Assembly: GCA_965218795.1 (NCBI GenBank)
Contig: OZ244653.1
Coordinates: 2,976,001-3,040,000, forward strand
Direction of reading: 5' to 3'
From: a bacterium
GTDB lineage: Bacteria; UBA8248; JACPRG01; G963555815
Length of the DNA stretch: 64,000 bases
Numbering within the stretch: the stretch's first letter is position 1; every line of letters starts with the position of its first letter. The notes beneath the pieces were generated by a model that was not told the DNA's origin, did no database searches, and saw nothing but the letters and a program-made list of their open reading frames with translations. Positions 19,725-29,543 of this stretch are shown piece by piece. Both the position numbers and the translations under genes were made by a program.

Positions 19725-19983
19725 GGACGCACCGGCCGTCCCCTGAGTAGGCCCACCCATGATAGGCGCAAATGATCTCTTCGCCCTCGACCCATCCGAG
19801 AGAAATGGGCGTGCCTCTGTGGATGCAGAGGTCGTGGAATGCCTTGACCTCTCCACCCAGGCGGCAGACCGCAATCCGGTCGTCCAATAGAGTGACGGAG
19901 ATGGGGCCATCATCCACGTCTTTGGAAAAGGCAACGGGGTGCCAATATTCTCTCAGCTTGGGCCATAGGGCACTCTCGCGCAT
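19725..19983 (-). pseudogene. Rieske oxygenase (VanA-like) N-terminal fragment truncated by IS30
   Basis: YWHPVA, CIHRG and CAYHGW Rieske motifs, then runs into the IS end. Confidence 0.85.
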
Positions 19984-20012
19984 CTTATTCCCTTCGCGGC
20001 TGAAGGCGATTT

Positions 20013-20618
20013 TTAGTTATGGGCGCTTGGCCCCAGGATGGTGATCCCTTCCTGCCGTTCAATTTGACGGATGAACGTGTACTTGTGCTCTCGGCCGTCG
20101 GCGTGTTTTCGTTTCACGCCCGGTGTGATCACCGCTTCGACCTTGGCGACCACGAAGTGAGGCCCCTCGGTTTGGATGATGTCCTCGCAGGCCGACTCGA
20201 ATTCATCAATGGAACGCACAGTCTTGGCTCTATCAATTCCACAGGCCCGGGCGACGCCTTCCAGGTCAGTTCGTCCGCGCGTATGCGTGGGCGGACCGCC
20301 GACGGAGAGGTAGCTCTCGTTGTCCCAGACGATGACGCCCAAATTCTTCGGCTGCTCATTTCCCAATGTGGGAATAATCCCCAGGTTCAGGAGCAGTCCC
20401 CCGTCGGTATCCAGCGCGATAACCTTTCTGTGGGGGAGGCCCATGGAAAGCCCGAACGCGACCGGTGATACGGTACCCAGATGCTGGTGAAACATGCTCT
20501 GCTCGCGCAAATGGGGGGCGACGTCGTACCACTCGTCAACCGCTCCGCCCAATGAGATCACGATGAGTTCGTCCTGAACCTTGGGGGCGAGAGCCTGCAT
20601 GCATTCATATCGCCTCAT
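20013..20618 (-). CDS. ThDP-binding decarboxylase beta subunit (sulfopyruvate decarboxylase ComE-like)
   Basis: DTDGGLLLNLG...WDNESY ThDP-binding motif; start overlaps the alpha-subunit stop (ATGA). Confidence 0.8.
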   Translation of the reverse strand: MRRYECMQALAPKVQDELIVISLGGAVDEWYDVAPHLREQSMFHQHLGTVSPVAFGLSMGLPHRKVIALDTDGGLLLNLGIIPTLGNEQPKNLGVIVWDNESYLSVGGPPTHTRGRTDLEGVARACGIDRAKTVRSIDEFESACEDIIQTEGPHFVVAKVEAVITPGVKRKHADGREHKYTFIRQIERQEGITILGPSAHN

Positions 20619-21124
20619 CGGACGGCTTCCCCCGCCATAATCACGGCCGTATGGTAATAGGACGAGTAAGCGTGATGAAAGGCGTTCACGATGGAGTTCT
20701 TGATGTCCCGGTCTTCCCGGACAATCTGATAGGGGATGCGGAGTGCCTGAAGCATTGGCTCCATGGTGGTTCCATGAGGAACGCCCCACCAGTTTTGTTC
20801 ACCGAATTCTCCGCGGTAGCTCATGATCATGACCACCGGGACTCCGTGCCCCAGCCCCATTCTGGCCAAGGGCTCGGATGCCACGCGGAGGCCGGAATTC
20901 TCCATGATCATCACCGCCCGTTTCCCGGAAGCGAATACGCCGCCGCATATGGCCACGCCCTCACCTTCATTGGTCACGCACACGGATCGGACTTCAGGGT
21001 CTGCCACAACCGCTTCATAGAGTTCCTTCAGATGGGAATCAGGCAGGTAACAAACGATGCTTGCGCCGGCTTCCTTGAGCCCGTCCATGGCGAGCTTGAC
21101 GGCGTCAGGGCGCATCAGTTCCAC
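20615..21124 (-). CDS. ThDP decarboxylase alpha subunit (ComD-like)
   Basis: YLPDS, TNEGEGVAICGG, MENSG and MSYRG motifs. Confidence 0.82.
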   Translation of the reverse strand: MELMRPDAVKLAMDGLKEAGASIVCYLPDSHLKELYEAVVADPEVRSVCVTNEGEGVAICGGVFASGKRAVMIMENSGLRVASEPLARMGLGHGVPVVMIMSYRGEFGEQNWWGVPHGTTMEPMLQALRIPYQIVREDRDIKNSIVNAFHHAYSSYYHTAVIMAGEAVR

Positions 21125-21262
21125 TCCTGGTCTGTGAAGGAGGGGCTCAGGCTGTGGATGGAAATCCCTGCCCGAGTGACGTTCATTCTGACGTCAATGA
21201 TTCAAGAACCCAGTCGTCATTTTATCGGAAAAACGGGAGCGGTGAAAAGGGGAACTGAACCA

Positions 21263-22644
21263 TCACCCGGTGAGCAGTCTTGGAATGAATGAAATGTCGT
21301 CAAGATCCTCGAGGTGCGCGATGGCCTCCCCGAGCTCTTGGAGATTGGCCTCGTGGATTTTGGTCGCTGAGAAGGCCGCGCACGCGGCCGCCTTGTCGAA
21401 CACTTCCTCAAAACTCATGGGATCGTCTGGGTGGCCTTTGGGAGATTCCTTGGTGTGTGGAAAGAACCCCGGTGGTGGGTGATGATCTCCACGGGGGTCG
21501 GAGGAATGACACGGGCGAGATGCTCCAGCCGTTCGTCCACCTCGGGTACGACGCGGCGCGCAAGCATCAGGATGTCCTTATCCTGAATCGCCTCTTCCGA
21601 GATCTCATGGATGAACAGCCTCTGACGCACGGCCGCGGCGGCCAGGCAATAATACAGGCTGAACGCCGCGTGGAGGGGGGTTTGGGGCTGGAGTCTCAAG
21701 GCTCGTGGTTCACACGTCATGTGATAACCGTTTTGACTGACCGTGACCCTGATCCCTTTGATCTGCTCAGGGGAAAGGCCCTCGTTTCGGACAATTTCAA
21801 GAACGCTGTCGATCGCGCCGTGAAAATACCGGCCACAGGGATAACGCTTGATGCTGACATTGGCGACTTCGAATCGTTCCCCCAAGTCATCGATAATCGG
21901 GTGAGGGGTCCATTGGTCCAGGAAGTAGGCTGGATAGAGACCGAACCGGCCTTCGAGGAAGTTCTGGATTCCATCTATGCCGCTTCGTGCCAGGAACGCC
22001 GACCGTACTCCCGCTTCAACGGCCATCCCGTGCTGGACACGCAGGTTGAGGGTTCCGTCCAGTTGGGATTGAAGCGATCCCGCCGATTGACTGTAAGCGA
22101 GGCCGAGTGCATTCCACATTTCGTACTCATCCAGCCGCAGAAGTTTTCCAGTCACGGCGGCGGAAGAGAACGTGGCGAACGTGGCGGCCCCCCAGGCGAT
22201 GTGTCCGACTCGGATACCGCAGGCCAATCGAAGCCTGGCGACCAAATCCACTCCGAGTGAAACGGCCGTAATGATCTCTTTGCCGGTGACGCCGCCCAAA
22301 TCCTCGGCCACGGCCACTGCTGCCGGGACGGCTGCAAGGCCGGAATGATCCCCGGTCAGGTCGTGGGAGTCGTCAAGCTCCCGGGCCCGACCCATCGAGG
22401 CATTTGTCCAGGCTGCCATCGGGGCGGTGAGCCGGTCGCCGAAGGCGAAGACGGTGGACTTTCCCGATGGGGACCAGCTCTTGACCTGCCGGACCAAGGC
22501 GTCCGAGCCTTTTGCGCTGCTTCCCGCCAGGATAACGCCCGATGTGTCGAGGATCATATGCTTCGCCGCCTTCACGGCGCTGACGGGGAGATGGTCGAAG
22601 TCGGTGTGCACGAGATGATGGATCAGGCGTTCTGTCAGTTCCAT
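21263..22644 (-). pseudogene. MmgE/PrpD-family protein, frameshift near 21455
   Basis: ELDDSH, IKRYPCG and AFSLYY motifs; the C-terminal PKGHPDDPMS..E..DK segment lies in another frame. Confidence 0.8.
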
Positions 22645-22908
22645 GTCTGATTCACCGTGGTTCGGCGGGTCTCCATCGGGAAAATCGGCTCGGGTTCAAT
22701 GGAGAAAATTTTCAAAGACGATACGCCGTAAGAATCATTCGGGTCAATCGCTTTGAAATCCCGCCCAATTTCTCATAGGATTCTGTATCGGGGGACATGG
22801 GTTCAAATCTTGCTCTGTTTTTCCCTTTCGTGACCGCAGTCGCGGAATTTTGTGCGGCGTTGCCGGCGTGGACCGGCTGTGACGCAATCATCCACGAGGA
22901 GAATGACC

Positions 22909-24000
22909 ATGAGCATGAAGGCGCAGGGGGTGATTTCCAGAAAGGTCGGAGAACCCACGGAGCTTGAAGAGATTCAGATCGATCCTCCCGGACCGGGGGA
23001 GGTGTTGGTCAGAATCCAGGCGAGCGGTGTGTGCCACACGGACCTTCATTACAAGCTGGGAGCGATCAACGATGATTTTCCCTTCCTTTTGGGGCATGAA
23101 GGCGCCGGGATTGTCGAAGAAGTTGGCGAGGACATCCTCGAACCGAAAGTCGGCGATTACGTGATTCTGGCTTGGCGCGCGCCTTGCGGAAAATGCCGCT
23201 TCTGCCTGATCGGCCAGCCTCACCTTTGTTCGGCCAGCCTCAACGCCGAGCCGCGGATGAAGACCTCGGAGGGACAGGTATTGTCGCCGGCCCTGGGAGT
23301 CGGCACATTCTGCACCCATACAGTCGTTTCCGCCAAACAGGCGGTTCAGGTCCCCGAATCGTGCCCGCCGGCCCAGGCCTGTTTGCTGGGCTGCGGGGTC
23401 ATGACAGGGATTGGCGCGGCGCTGTACACGGCGCAGGTCCATCGCGGCAGCACGGTGGCCGTGTACGGGTGTGGCGGGGTCGGGTGCAGCGTCATCATGG
23501 GCGCGAAAATGGCCGGCGCGCGGACCATCATCGGTGTCGACGTCTTGAAGAATAAGCTCGATTGGGCGAAAGATTTTGGAGCGACGGACGTCGTGGACGC
23601 CGGCAAAGGTGATCCAGTCGAGGCCATCAAGGAATTGACCGGCGGCCTGGGGGTCGACTACGCCTTCGAGGCGGTGGGCAAGCCTGAAACCCTTCTCCAG
23701 GCGCTATGGTCCCGCGATCTGGCCGGGACTTGCACGCTGATCGGCGTTCCCAATCCCCAGATGAAAATGGAGCTTCCCATGCTCCAGTTCTTCGGCCTCG
23801 GCGGGTCGTTGCGGGTGAGCTGGTACGGGGACTGCCTGCCCTCGAGGGATTTCCCGCTGCTGGCGGACTGGTACGGCCAAGGACACCTGGACCTGGACAG
23901 GGTGGTCACCGAGGAGATCAGGCTGGAGGACGTCGAACCCGCCTTCGAGGCCATGGAGGCGGGTTCGACCCTGCGCTCGGTCATCGTGGTTCCGGATTAA
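22909..24000 (+). CDS. Zn-dependent dehydrogenase, S-(hydroxymethyl)mycothiol dehydrogenase-like
   Basis: GVCHTDLHY, GHEGAG, structural Zn Cys cluster, GCGGVG and SWYGDCLPSRDFP motifs. Confidence 0.85.
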   Translation: MSMKAQGVISRKVGEPTELEEIQIDPPGPGEVLVRIQASGVCHTDLHYKLGAINDDFPFLLGHEGAGIVEEVGEDILEPKVGDYVILAWRAPCGKCRFCLIGQPHLCSASLNAEPRMKTSEGQVLSPALGVGTFCTHTVVSAKQAVQVPESCPPAQACLLGCGVMTGIGAALYTAQVHRGSTVAVYGCGGVGCSVIMGAKMAGARTIIGVDVLKNKLDWAKDFGATDVVDAGKGDPVEAIKELTGGLGVDYAFEAVGKPETLLQALWSRDLAGTCTLIGVPNPQMKMELPMLQFFGLGGSLRVSWYGDCLPSRDFPLLADWYGQGHLDLDRVVTEEIRLEDVEPAFEAMEAGSTLRSVIVVPD

Positions 24001-24058
24001 GTCAAAAAGAAGGGCGGCGAGGGGCTGTGGGGGCAACCTCCCGCAGCCCTTTCGCGCA

Positions 24059-25075
24059 TCAGTCGAGTGACCCGGTCAAGCCCAGTAATCGCGCCGCGTT
24101 TCCGCCCCTGATCATCGCAATTTCATCTTTTGAGCAGCCCGACAACCCATCGATCGTCTCCACGGGGTCCGAATCCGACATGAGAAATGGATAATCCGTC
24201 CCCATCAGAATGTGGTCGCCTCCCCACGTTTTCACGAGGAACTCCAGGGCCGCCGTATCGAAGACGAGGGTATCGAAGTGGAGCTTTCGGAGTGAGTCCC
24301 GGAGGGGCCGGCTCAGTTTTTCTCCTGTGTTCGGGCGAACCTCGATCATTCGCGTTAACCTTCCGTGCTGATATGGGATAAATCCCCCTCCGTGGACGAT
24401 CGCCACCTTGAGGTTAGGCAACCGTTCAAGCACCCCTCCGAAGGCCATGCTGGCTCCCGCGATGGTACTGTCGATGGGGTTTCCGAGAGAATTGATGAAG
24501 GTGTAATCCCTGAGACGGTCTGCGGCCGCGACCTGATAGGGGTGGATCAAGACGAACGCGCCGAGCTGCTCGGCCCGCTCGAAGAACGAGAATAGTTCAG
24601 GCGCGTCAAAATTCTTCCCGAGGACATGAGTGCCGATTTCGACCCCCCGAAGGCCCAACTCACCCATGGCTCTTTCCAACTCACCGACGGCCCGCTCGGG
24701 ATCCTGAAGGGGGACCGTCCCAAGGCCCGTGAACCGATCGGGGCGGTTGGATACGGCTTCCGCGATGCAGTCGTTCTGCAACCGCGCAAGCCGCTCACCG
24801 ATCTCCGCATCCGCCTCGTACAGGAAGAGGTACGGGACGGGCGCCAGGACGTGGAAATCCACCCCCGCCTCGTCCATTTCCGTCAGGCGACGGTCCATGT
24901 CAAACCCGCCCAGGCGCATCGGCCCGATTTTTCGGTTGTTGATCTGAATATCAAATAACTCAGGGGCGGTTTCCTCCCGGACGAACGTCCATGCGGAATC
25001 GACCCGGCTCATTTCCTCCAGGCATTCCGGAGTCACCCAGTGGCAGTGAACATCGATGGCGCGGGTATCGGTCAT
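24059..25075 (-). CDS. Amidohydrolase-2 family protein (ACMSD-like decarboxylase)
   Basis: IDVHCH, GVEIGT, LIHP, HGGG and MGTDYPF motifs. Confidence 0.88.
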   Translation of the reverse strand: MTDTRAIDVHCHWVTPECLEEMSRVDSAWTFVREETAPELFDIQINNRKIGPMRLGGFDMDRRLTEMDEAGVDFHVLAPVPYLFLYEADAEIGERLARLQNDCIAEAVSNRPDRFTGLGTVPLQDPERAVGELERAMGELGLRGVEIGTHVLGKNFDAPELFSFFERAEQLGAFVLIHPYQVAAADRLRDYTFINSLGNPIDSTIAGASMAFGGVLERLPNLKVAIVHGGGFIPYQHGRLTRMIEVRPNTGEKLSRPLRDSLRKLHFDTLVFDTAALEFLVKTWGGDHILMGTDYPFLMSDSDPVETIDGLSGCSKDEIAMIRGGNAARLLGLTGSLD

Positions 25076-25169
25076 CATGCAATCCTCTAAGGGCTATGTT
25101 TGGAAGGCTGAGGAAGGACCAGAAAGCAGGCCTCTTCCATCATTTCTGCGTTGGGTCTCGGATTCCCTC

Positions 25170-25500
25170 CGCGGTTGGAGCTTCGGCGCGGTCCAGATCG
25201 GGCGCCCGTCACCCTTGAAAAGCGGGAACCGCGGGCCGCCTGTCTCCACACCCATGGGTGCACGGGGAATTTCACCGTCATCGTGGAGCCGTCATCGGGT
25301 CCTCCGGTTGTCCGCACCCAGAACCGCCCGCGTTTTGGCGCGGATCTTATCGGCCACTTGAATTTGCTCGCCCCCCGTGGTCCCCATGATGGGCGGCACC
25401 GCAATCAGTCGGGCAGCCGCACATCCAAGGATACGCCAGCGCCGGACCTGCCGCTCCAGTCGGTCCAAACGTCGTTTGATGCTGTTCAAGTCCGTGTTCC
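25170..25500 (-). pseudogene. Degraded gene fragment (hypothetical membrane-anchored protein)
   Basis: RRLDRLERQVRRWRIL followed by a broken hydrophobic segment and frame disruptions. Confidence 0.35.
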
Positions 25501-25573
25501 GTTCCTTTTTGAGGTCATCACTTGTTTGCGGTGTGATTCCCTTCGAACGCTGGGATGCGCTGATTTCTCTCTA

Positions 25574-26353
25574 TCAGGCACCCTTCACGGGGCTTTCCCA
25601 TTCGATTCCGTGTTCACGGTCCCAGTCGACTGAATTGAGGAAACTCCCGTTTGGATATCCGGCGGGATTCGTCAATAAATCCAGGAGGCTTCCCCGCACC
25701 GCTTCAATCGGGCGGGCCTCATGGTAGCGATCTTTGGGAAGTTCCGAGAGAGGGAAATTTCTGGTGATCATTCTTCCCGGTCCCAGGGTGTGAGCCAGGA
25801 TGCCCCGATCGCCAAATTCGGCGGCGATGCCCTGGGTGATCCCCTCAACCGCCCATTTGGTGGAGCTGTATCCGATCGCATTTGGCACAGCGCGGTGCGC
25901 AAGGCCCGAGCTGATGTTGATGATGTGCCCGCCCCCCTGCTTGACCATCTCGCGGAGTTCCGCCTGACAACTGAGCATCACCCCAAGAATATTGACCATC
26001 AGGAGATCCCGGTACATCCCGGGGTCCAGGTCCAGGAGTGAGTCCCTGCGACCCCCAAGGCCTGCGGCGTTAATGGCAATGTCCAACCCGCTCAGGGCCG
26101 AGACCGTCTCCCGGACCATCCTCTCCGTATCGTCTTTTTCCGTCACATCCGTTTTGACAGACAGTGACCGAGAATCCAACCGACGGATTTCATCCCTCAC
26201 AGCCTGGATTTCCGAATCGGTAGTGGCCGCAACGGCCACCGAGGCGCCGGATTCCGCAGCCGTCAGCGCGCACTCGCGGCCGATGCCCCGTCCGCCTCCC
26301 GTGACGAGGACGACCTTGCCCGCCAGGGGCTTCCCCCTGGATTTGTCTGTCAT
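25574..26353 (-). CDS. SDR-family oxidoreductase
   Basis: TGGGRGIG, NAAG and YSSTK motifs. Confidence 0.9.
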   Translation of the reverse strand: MTDKSRGKPLAGKVVLVTGGGRGIGRECALTAAESGASVAVAATTDSEIQAVRDEIRRLDSRSLSVKTDVTEKDDTERMVRETVSALSGLDIAINAAGLGGRRDSLLDLDPGMYRDLLMVNILGVMLSCQAELREMVKQGGGHIINISSGLAHRAVPNAIGYSSTKWAVEGITQGIAAEFGDRGILAHTLGPGRMITRNFPLSELPKDRYHEARPIEAVRGSLLDLLTNPAGYPNGSFLNSVDWDREHGIEWESPVKGA

Positions 26354-26489
26354 CGGTGACTCACTTTGCCGACGGATGAATGAGAGATTTCAAGACGCAA
26401 GAATACCACAGCCCGCCCAGCGGCTGTCTTCGTCTCCGGGAGTTTCGCATGGTTCAATGGATATCCGTGTTGCCTGGTTTCATGGGGGG

Positions 26490-26735
26490 CTGCCGGGGGA
26501 GGCAGCATTTCCAGCGTGTGCAGCACGCCGGCCGCTACATCGGAGTGGAGCGCAATAACCCCGATTTTGCAGAGGTGGCCAGACTCTTCGGGGCGCACGA
26601 CGAGCGTATGGAGGATCCGGGCGGGTTGCGCCCGGCCATGGAAGAGGCATTGAACACGGGAAAACCGGCTGTCCTGGCCGTCATCATCGATCGCAACGAA
26701 GACGCTGAAATCCGTACGGACCTTCTACCATATTT
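26490..26735 (+). pseudogene. C-terminal fragment of a ThDP-dependent enzyme (acetolactate synthase-like)
   Basis: GRYIGV..NNPDFA.VARLFGA...L..A.EEAL..GKPAVL.V.ID with no N-terminal domains. Confidence 0.65.
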
Positions 26736-26804
26736 CAAGGAGGCCTCATTCTTTCTTCTCTGGAGCCTGGGTTTTTCGAGGGTCCGGCACGCCAGCCGGA
26801 TGGC

Positions 26805-28001
26805 TCACGAAATCGCTGAGCCTTCGGGCTCTTCGTCCACCGGGTCGTCGCTGCTTGCGCGCTTTTTGGCCGTAGGCGCATAGCCGCCCCCCTTCATCTT
26901 TGAAGCGGCATCCAGGGTCGCCTTCATTGATTCGGGCGGGATCCCGTTGGGATAGGCGTCGTCAGGGCACCGGCTGTCCCGCATGTAGGTGCATGGGCGG
27001 CACTCAATGCAGCGGATGATGTCGTCGGACTTCCCCGCGATGGCCTTCTGAGCATACTGGGGATCCGACAGCATTCCACGCGCGACCGCAACGAAATCCG
27101 CGCCCATCTTCAGGTAGCTCTCAATCCGCCCCGCATCAAAGGCTGCGCCGTTGGCAATGATGGGAACCGCGACGGTCTTCCGAAGCCGCTGGAAGGCGGG
27201 ATTGTAGAGATCCGGCATGACCGGAACACCCACGCGGGCATTACGAGAGCAGTGGAGGATGTCCACCCCTGCGTCCACGAGCGCGGGGGCCAGGGCCAGT
27301 GTGTCTTCAATCGTGAATCCTTCGTCCCAAGGCTCCAACAATCCCAGTCGATAGCTGATCACCATGTCCGGTCCGGCGGCGTCCCGCACAGCACGGGCAA
27401 CCTCCAGCGGAAAGCGCATTCGGCTTTCCAGAGACCCGCCGTATTCGTCCGTCCGCTGATTGGATGCGGGCGAGAAAAATTGCTGACAGAGGTACCACGT
27501 GGCCCCGTGAATTTCGACTACTTCGATTCCCGCCTCGCGGGCGCGGCGGGCAGCCTGACCGTAAGCCTTGACGGCGTCCTTGACCTCCTGCGTGGTCAGT
27601 TCTCTGGGGACCTCGTCTTCGGTCGGATGGGCGATGGGCGACGGTCCGACAATCGGCATTCCCGTGATTTCTCCGATCGCCGTCCGGCCCGCATGGAACA
27701 ACTGAAGCCCCAGGGGGGCGCCGGCCGCACGGACCTCCTCGGCCAGCCGTTTCAGTTCGGGAATCAGCGAATCGTCACAGGAGCCGAGCTGATCGGGAAA
27801 TCCCTTCCCTTCCTGATTGACGTGGGTCGCTTCGGTAAAGCAAATGGCCGCGCCGCCGCGCGCCCGCTCCGTGTAATGTGCGAACGACCATGGGGAAGGG
27901 GAACCGTCTTCGTTAGCCCGCGATGTGGTCATTGCGGACATCAGGACGCGGTTCTTGATCCTGAGGCCGCGAACCTCGATAGGGTCGGTGAATTCTGTCA
28001 T
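26805..28001 (-). CDS. NADH:flavin oxidoreductase (old yellow enzyme family)
   Basis: KNRVLMSAM, QLFHAGR, EIHGA, N.RTDEYGGSLE.R.RF and C-terminal CIECRPC motifs. Confidence 0.92.
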   Translation of the reverse strand: MTEFTDPIEVRGLRIKNRVLMSAMTTSRANEDGSPSPWSFAHYTERARGGAAICFTEATHVNQEGKGFPDQLGSCDDSLIPELKRLAEEVRAAGAPLGLQLFHAGRTAIGEITGMPIVGPSPIAHPTEDEVPRELTTQEVKDAVKAYGQAARRAREAGIEVVEIHGATWYLCQQFFSPASNQRTDEYGGSLESRMRFPLEVARAVRDAAGPDMVISYRLGLLEPWDEGFTIEDTLALAPALVDAGVDILHCSRNARVGVPVMPDLYNPAFQRLRKTVAVPIIANGAAFDAGRIESYLKMGADFVAVARGMLSDPQYAQKAIAGKSDDIIRCIECRPCTYMRDSRCPDDAYPNGIPPESMKATLDAASKMKGGGYAPTAKKRASSDDPVDEEPEGSAIS

Positions 28002-28226
28002 CGATTCATGCTCCGATCATTGATGGGTGGGCTTTTCGACAGTGAATGGGAGGATATGAAGACCGTGGTTTGTCTCCGTGCCGTCAATGGTGCCGCGCCG
28101 GTCCTCCAGGTCGTGGCAACCCACGAGCCCGACGTTCTCGGCTGACACGGCAGCGGAAGGTTTGGATAGGTTCACGGAGCGGACCGATATCGTTACGCCG
28201 AAGCGGATCGATGCGGGCCGCGATCG

Positions 28227-28820
28227 TTATCGCCAATCCGGGCCGAGTCGGCTGAGCGGCAGGGGGCAGACCTCGTTCACATCAACGCGGAGCGCCCCGT
28301 TGAATTTTGCGTGATAGTTTTGCATGGAGACGGCGGAGGTCAGGCTCACGATCTCTGCGTCGCGGAAGTGTTTTCGGACTTCCTCGAAGCATTCGTCGTC
28401 CACTTGGAGATGGATATCCGTGATCCGCTCAGCGAATTCGAGCGCCGCCTTTTCCTTTTCGCTGAACAAGGGGCTGCTGCGAAACTCTTGCACGGCCAGG
28501 ACTTTGTCCCGCGCCAGATGACGGCTCTCCCCATTGTCTCCATGCTCATTCAGCCAACTGGCCGAATGGAGATCAATTCAGTGAAGGCAGCCGTTGAGCT
28601 GGGAAACACGGATATTGATCAGGGTTCTCAGGTCCGGCGGAATGGAGGGGTCCGATTCAGTGGCCTGAATCATGCCCATGACCGCTTTCAGGATCTCGGG
28701 CCGATGGGCCCTGGCCTTCGTTGTGGTCAGAACCTTCCCCAGATGTTGCTCTTGCGCATTGTAAACGGACCGGACATCTTCCGGCGTTTCGTTGTACTCC
28801 AAAAGGGGTATGCGAGCCAT
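28227..28820 (-). CDS. AhpD/carboxymuconolactone-decarboxylase-family selenoprotein (CxxU)
   Basis: One frame from MARIPLL to ...PDWR*, interrupted only by TGA at 28578-28580 in SQLNGCLH-U-IDLH. The downstream FSEKEKAALEFAERIT segment is in frame, and a hairpin follows the TGA. Confidence 0.85.
28533..28577 (-). promoter_or_regulatory. Putative bacterial SECIS element
   Basis: After UGA: 9 nt, then CAUUCGGCC-AGUU-GGCUGAAUG (9-bp stem, G in the loop). AUUG.UCUC / GAGACAAU can extend the stem. Confidence 0.7.
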
Positions 28821-28857
28821 GCCCGTCCTCCTTGATGAATCAATCGGGATCCAACCG

Positions 28858-29439
28858 CTATGATGCTGGAACAGGCTCACCGCGCAGGGAGGCTGCGGCC
28901 TCCTCCAGCGGCACGACTTGGGTTCCGTAGTACCGGCTCATGTATCGCAGGGCGTATTGGTGGTCTTCCTCCGAGGGACAGGAGACCGCCTCTTCCACGA
29001 TGGTCGTTCGATAGCAAAGGCTCCATGCGTCCATCACGGTGTGTTGAACGCACGCATCCGTCCACGTCCCCCCGAAGTAGAGGTCGGTCACCCCCAGTTC
29101 ACGAAGAACCTGGTCCAGGCGCGTTCCCTGGAATCCGCTGTACCGCTTCTTTCGAATTTGGAAATCCCCTGACTGGGGTTCCAGCTCGTCCAAGACCTCG
29201 GCGTCGGGCGTTCCCACGATGCAGTGGGCGCCGAACAGCTTGAAGTGGATGTCGAACTCCACCTCTTCGGGCCAGAAGTTGTCCTTGATGAAAATGACGG
29301 GAACCCCCGCTTCTCTCGCGGCCCGCGCGAGTCCCCGGCAACCTTCAATCAGCTGCTCCGAGTTCAAAGGGGACGGCACCGGTTCGCCCTTGAAGAACCC
29401 CTTGAGCATGTCGACGATGACAACGGCAGACTTTCCCAT
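28858..29439 (-). CDS. Isochorismatase-family cysteine hydrolase
   Basis: IVDM (Asp), KKRYSGF (Lys) and TDACV (Cys) catalytic triad. Confidence 0.92.
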   Translation of the reverse strand: MGKSAVVIVDMLKGFFKGEPVPSPLNSEQLIEGCRGLARAAREAGVPVIFIKDNFWPEEVEFDIHFKLFGAHCIVGTPDAEVLDELEPQSGDFQIRKKRYSGFQGTRLDQVLRELGVTDLYFGGTWTDACVQHTVMDAWSLCYRTTIVEEAVSCPSEEDHQYALRYMSRYYGTQVVPLEEAAASLRGEPVPAS

Positions 29440-29543
29440 CGGACATCTTCCTCCCGTGAGAGAGCGCTCTCAGGCGTGGTCTCGATCCGCGCAATGAAGT
29501 TGAAAGTCGCCTGAACTTGCGTGACCCGCTCTGGACGGGGGAG

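Noticed and set aside
20013-21124. Coenzyme M biosynthesis
   Set aside because: No comA, comB or comC in the window; ComDE-like pairs also occur in catabolic contexts.
28578-28580. TGA as an ordinary nonsense mutation (pseudogene)
   Set aside because: Its position at the redox Cys, the intact downstream frame and the adjacent hairpin favour Sec recoding. Not fully excluded without seeing sel genes.
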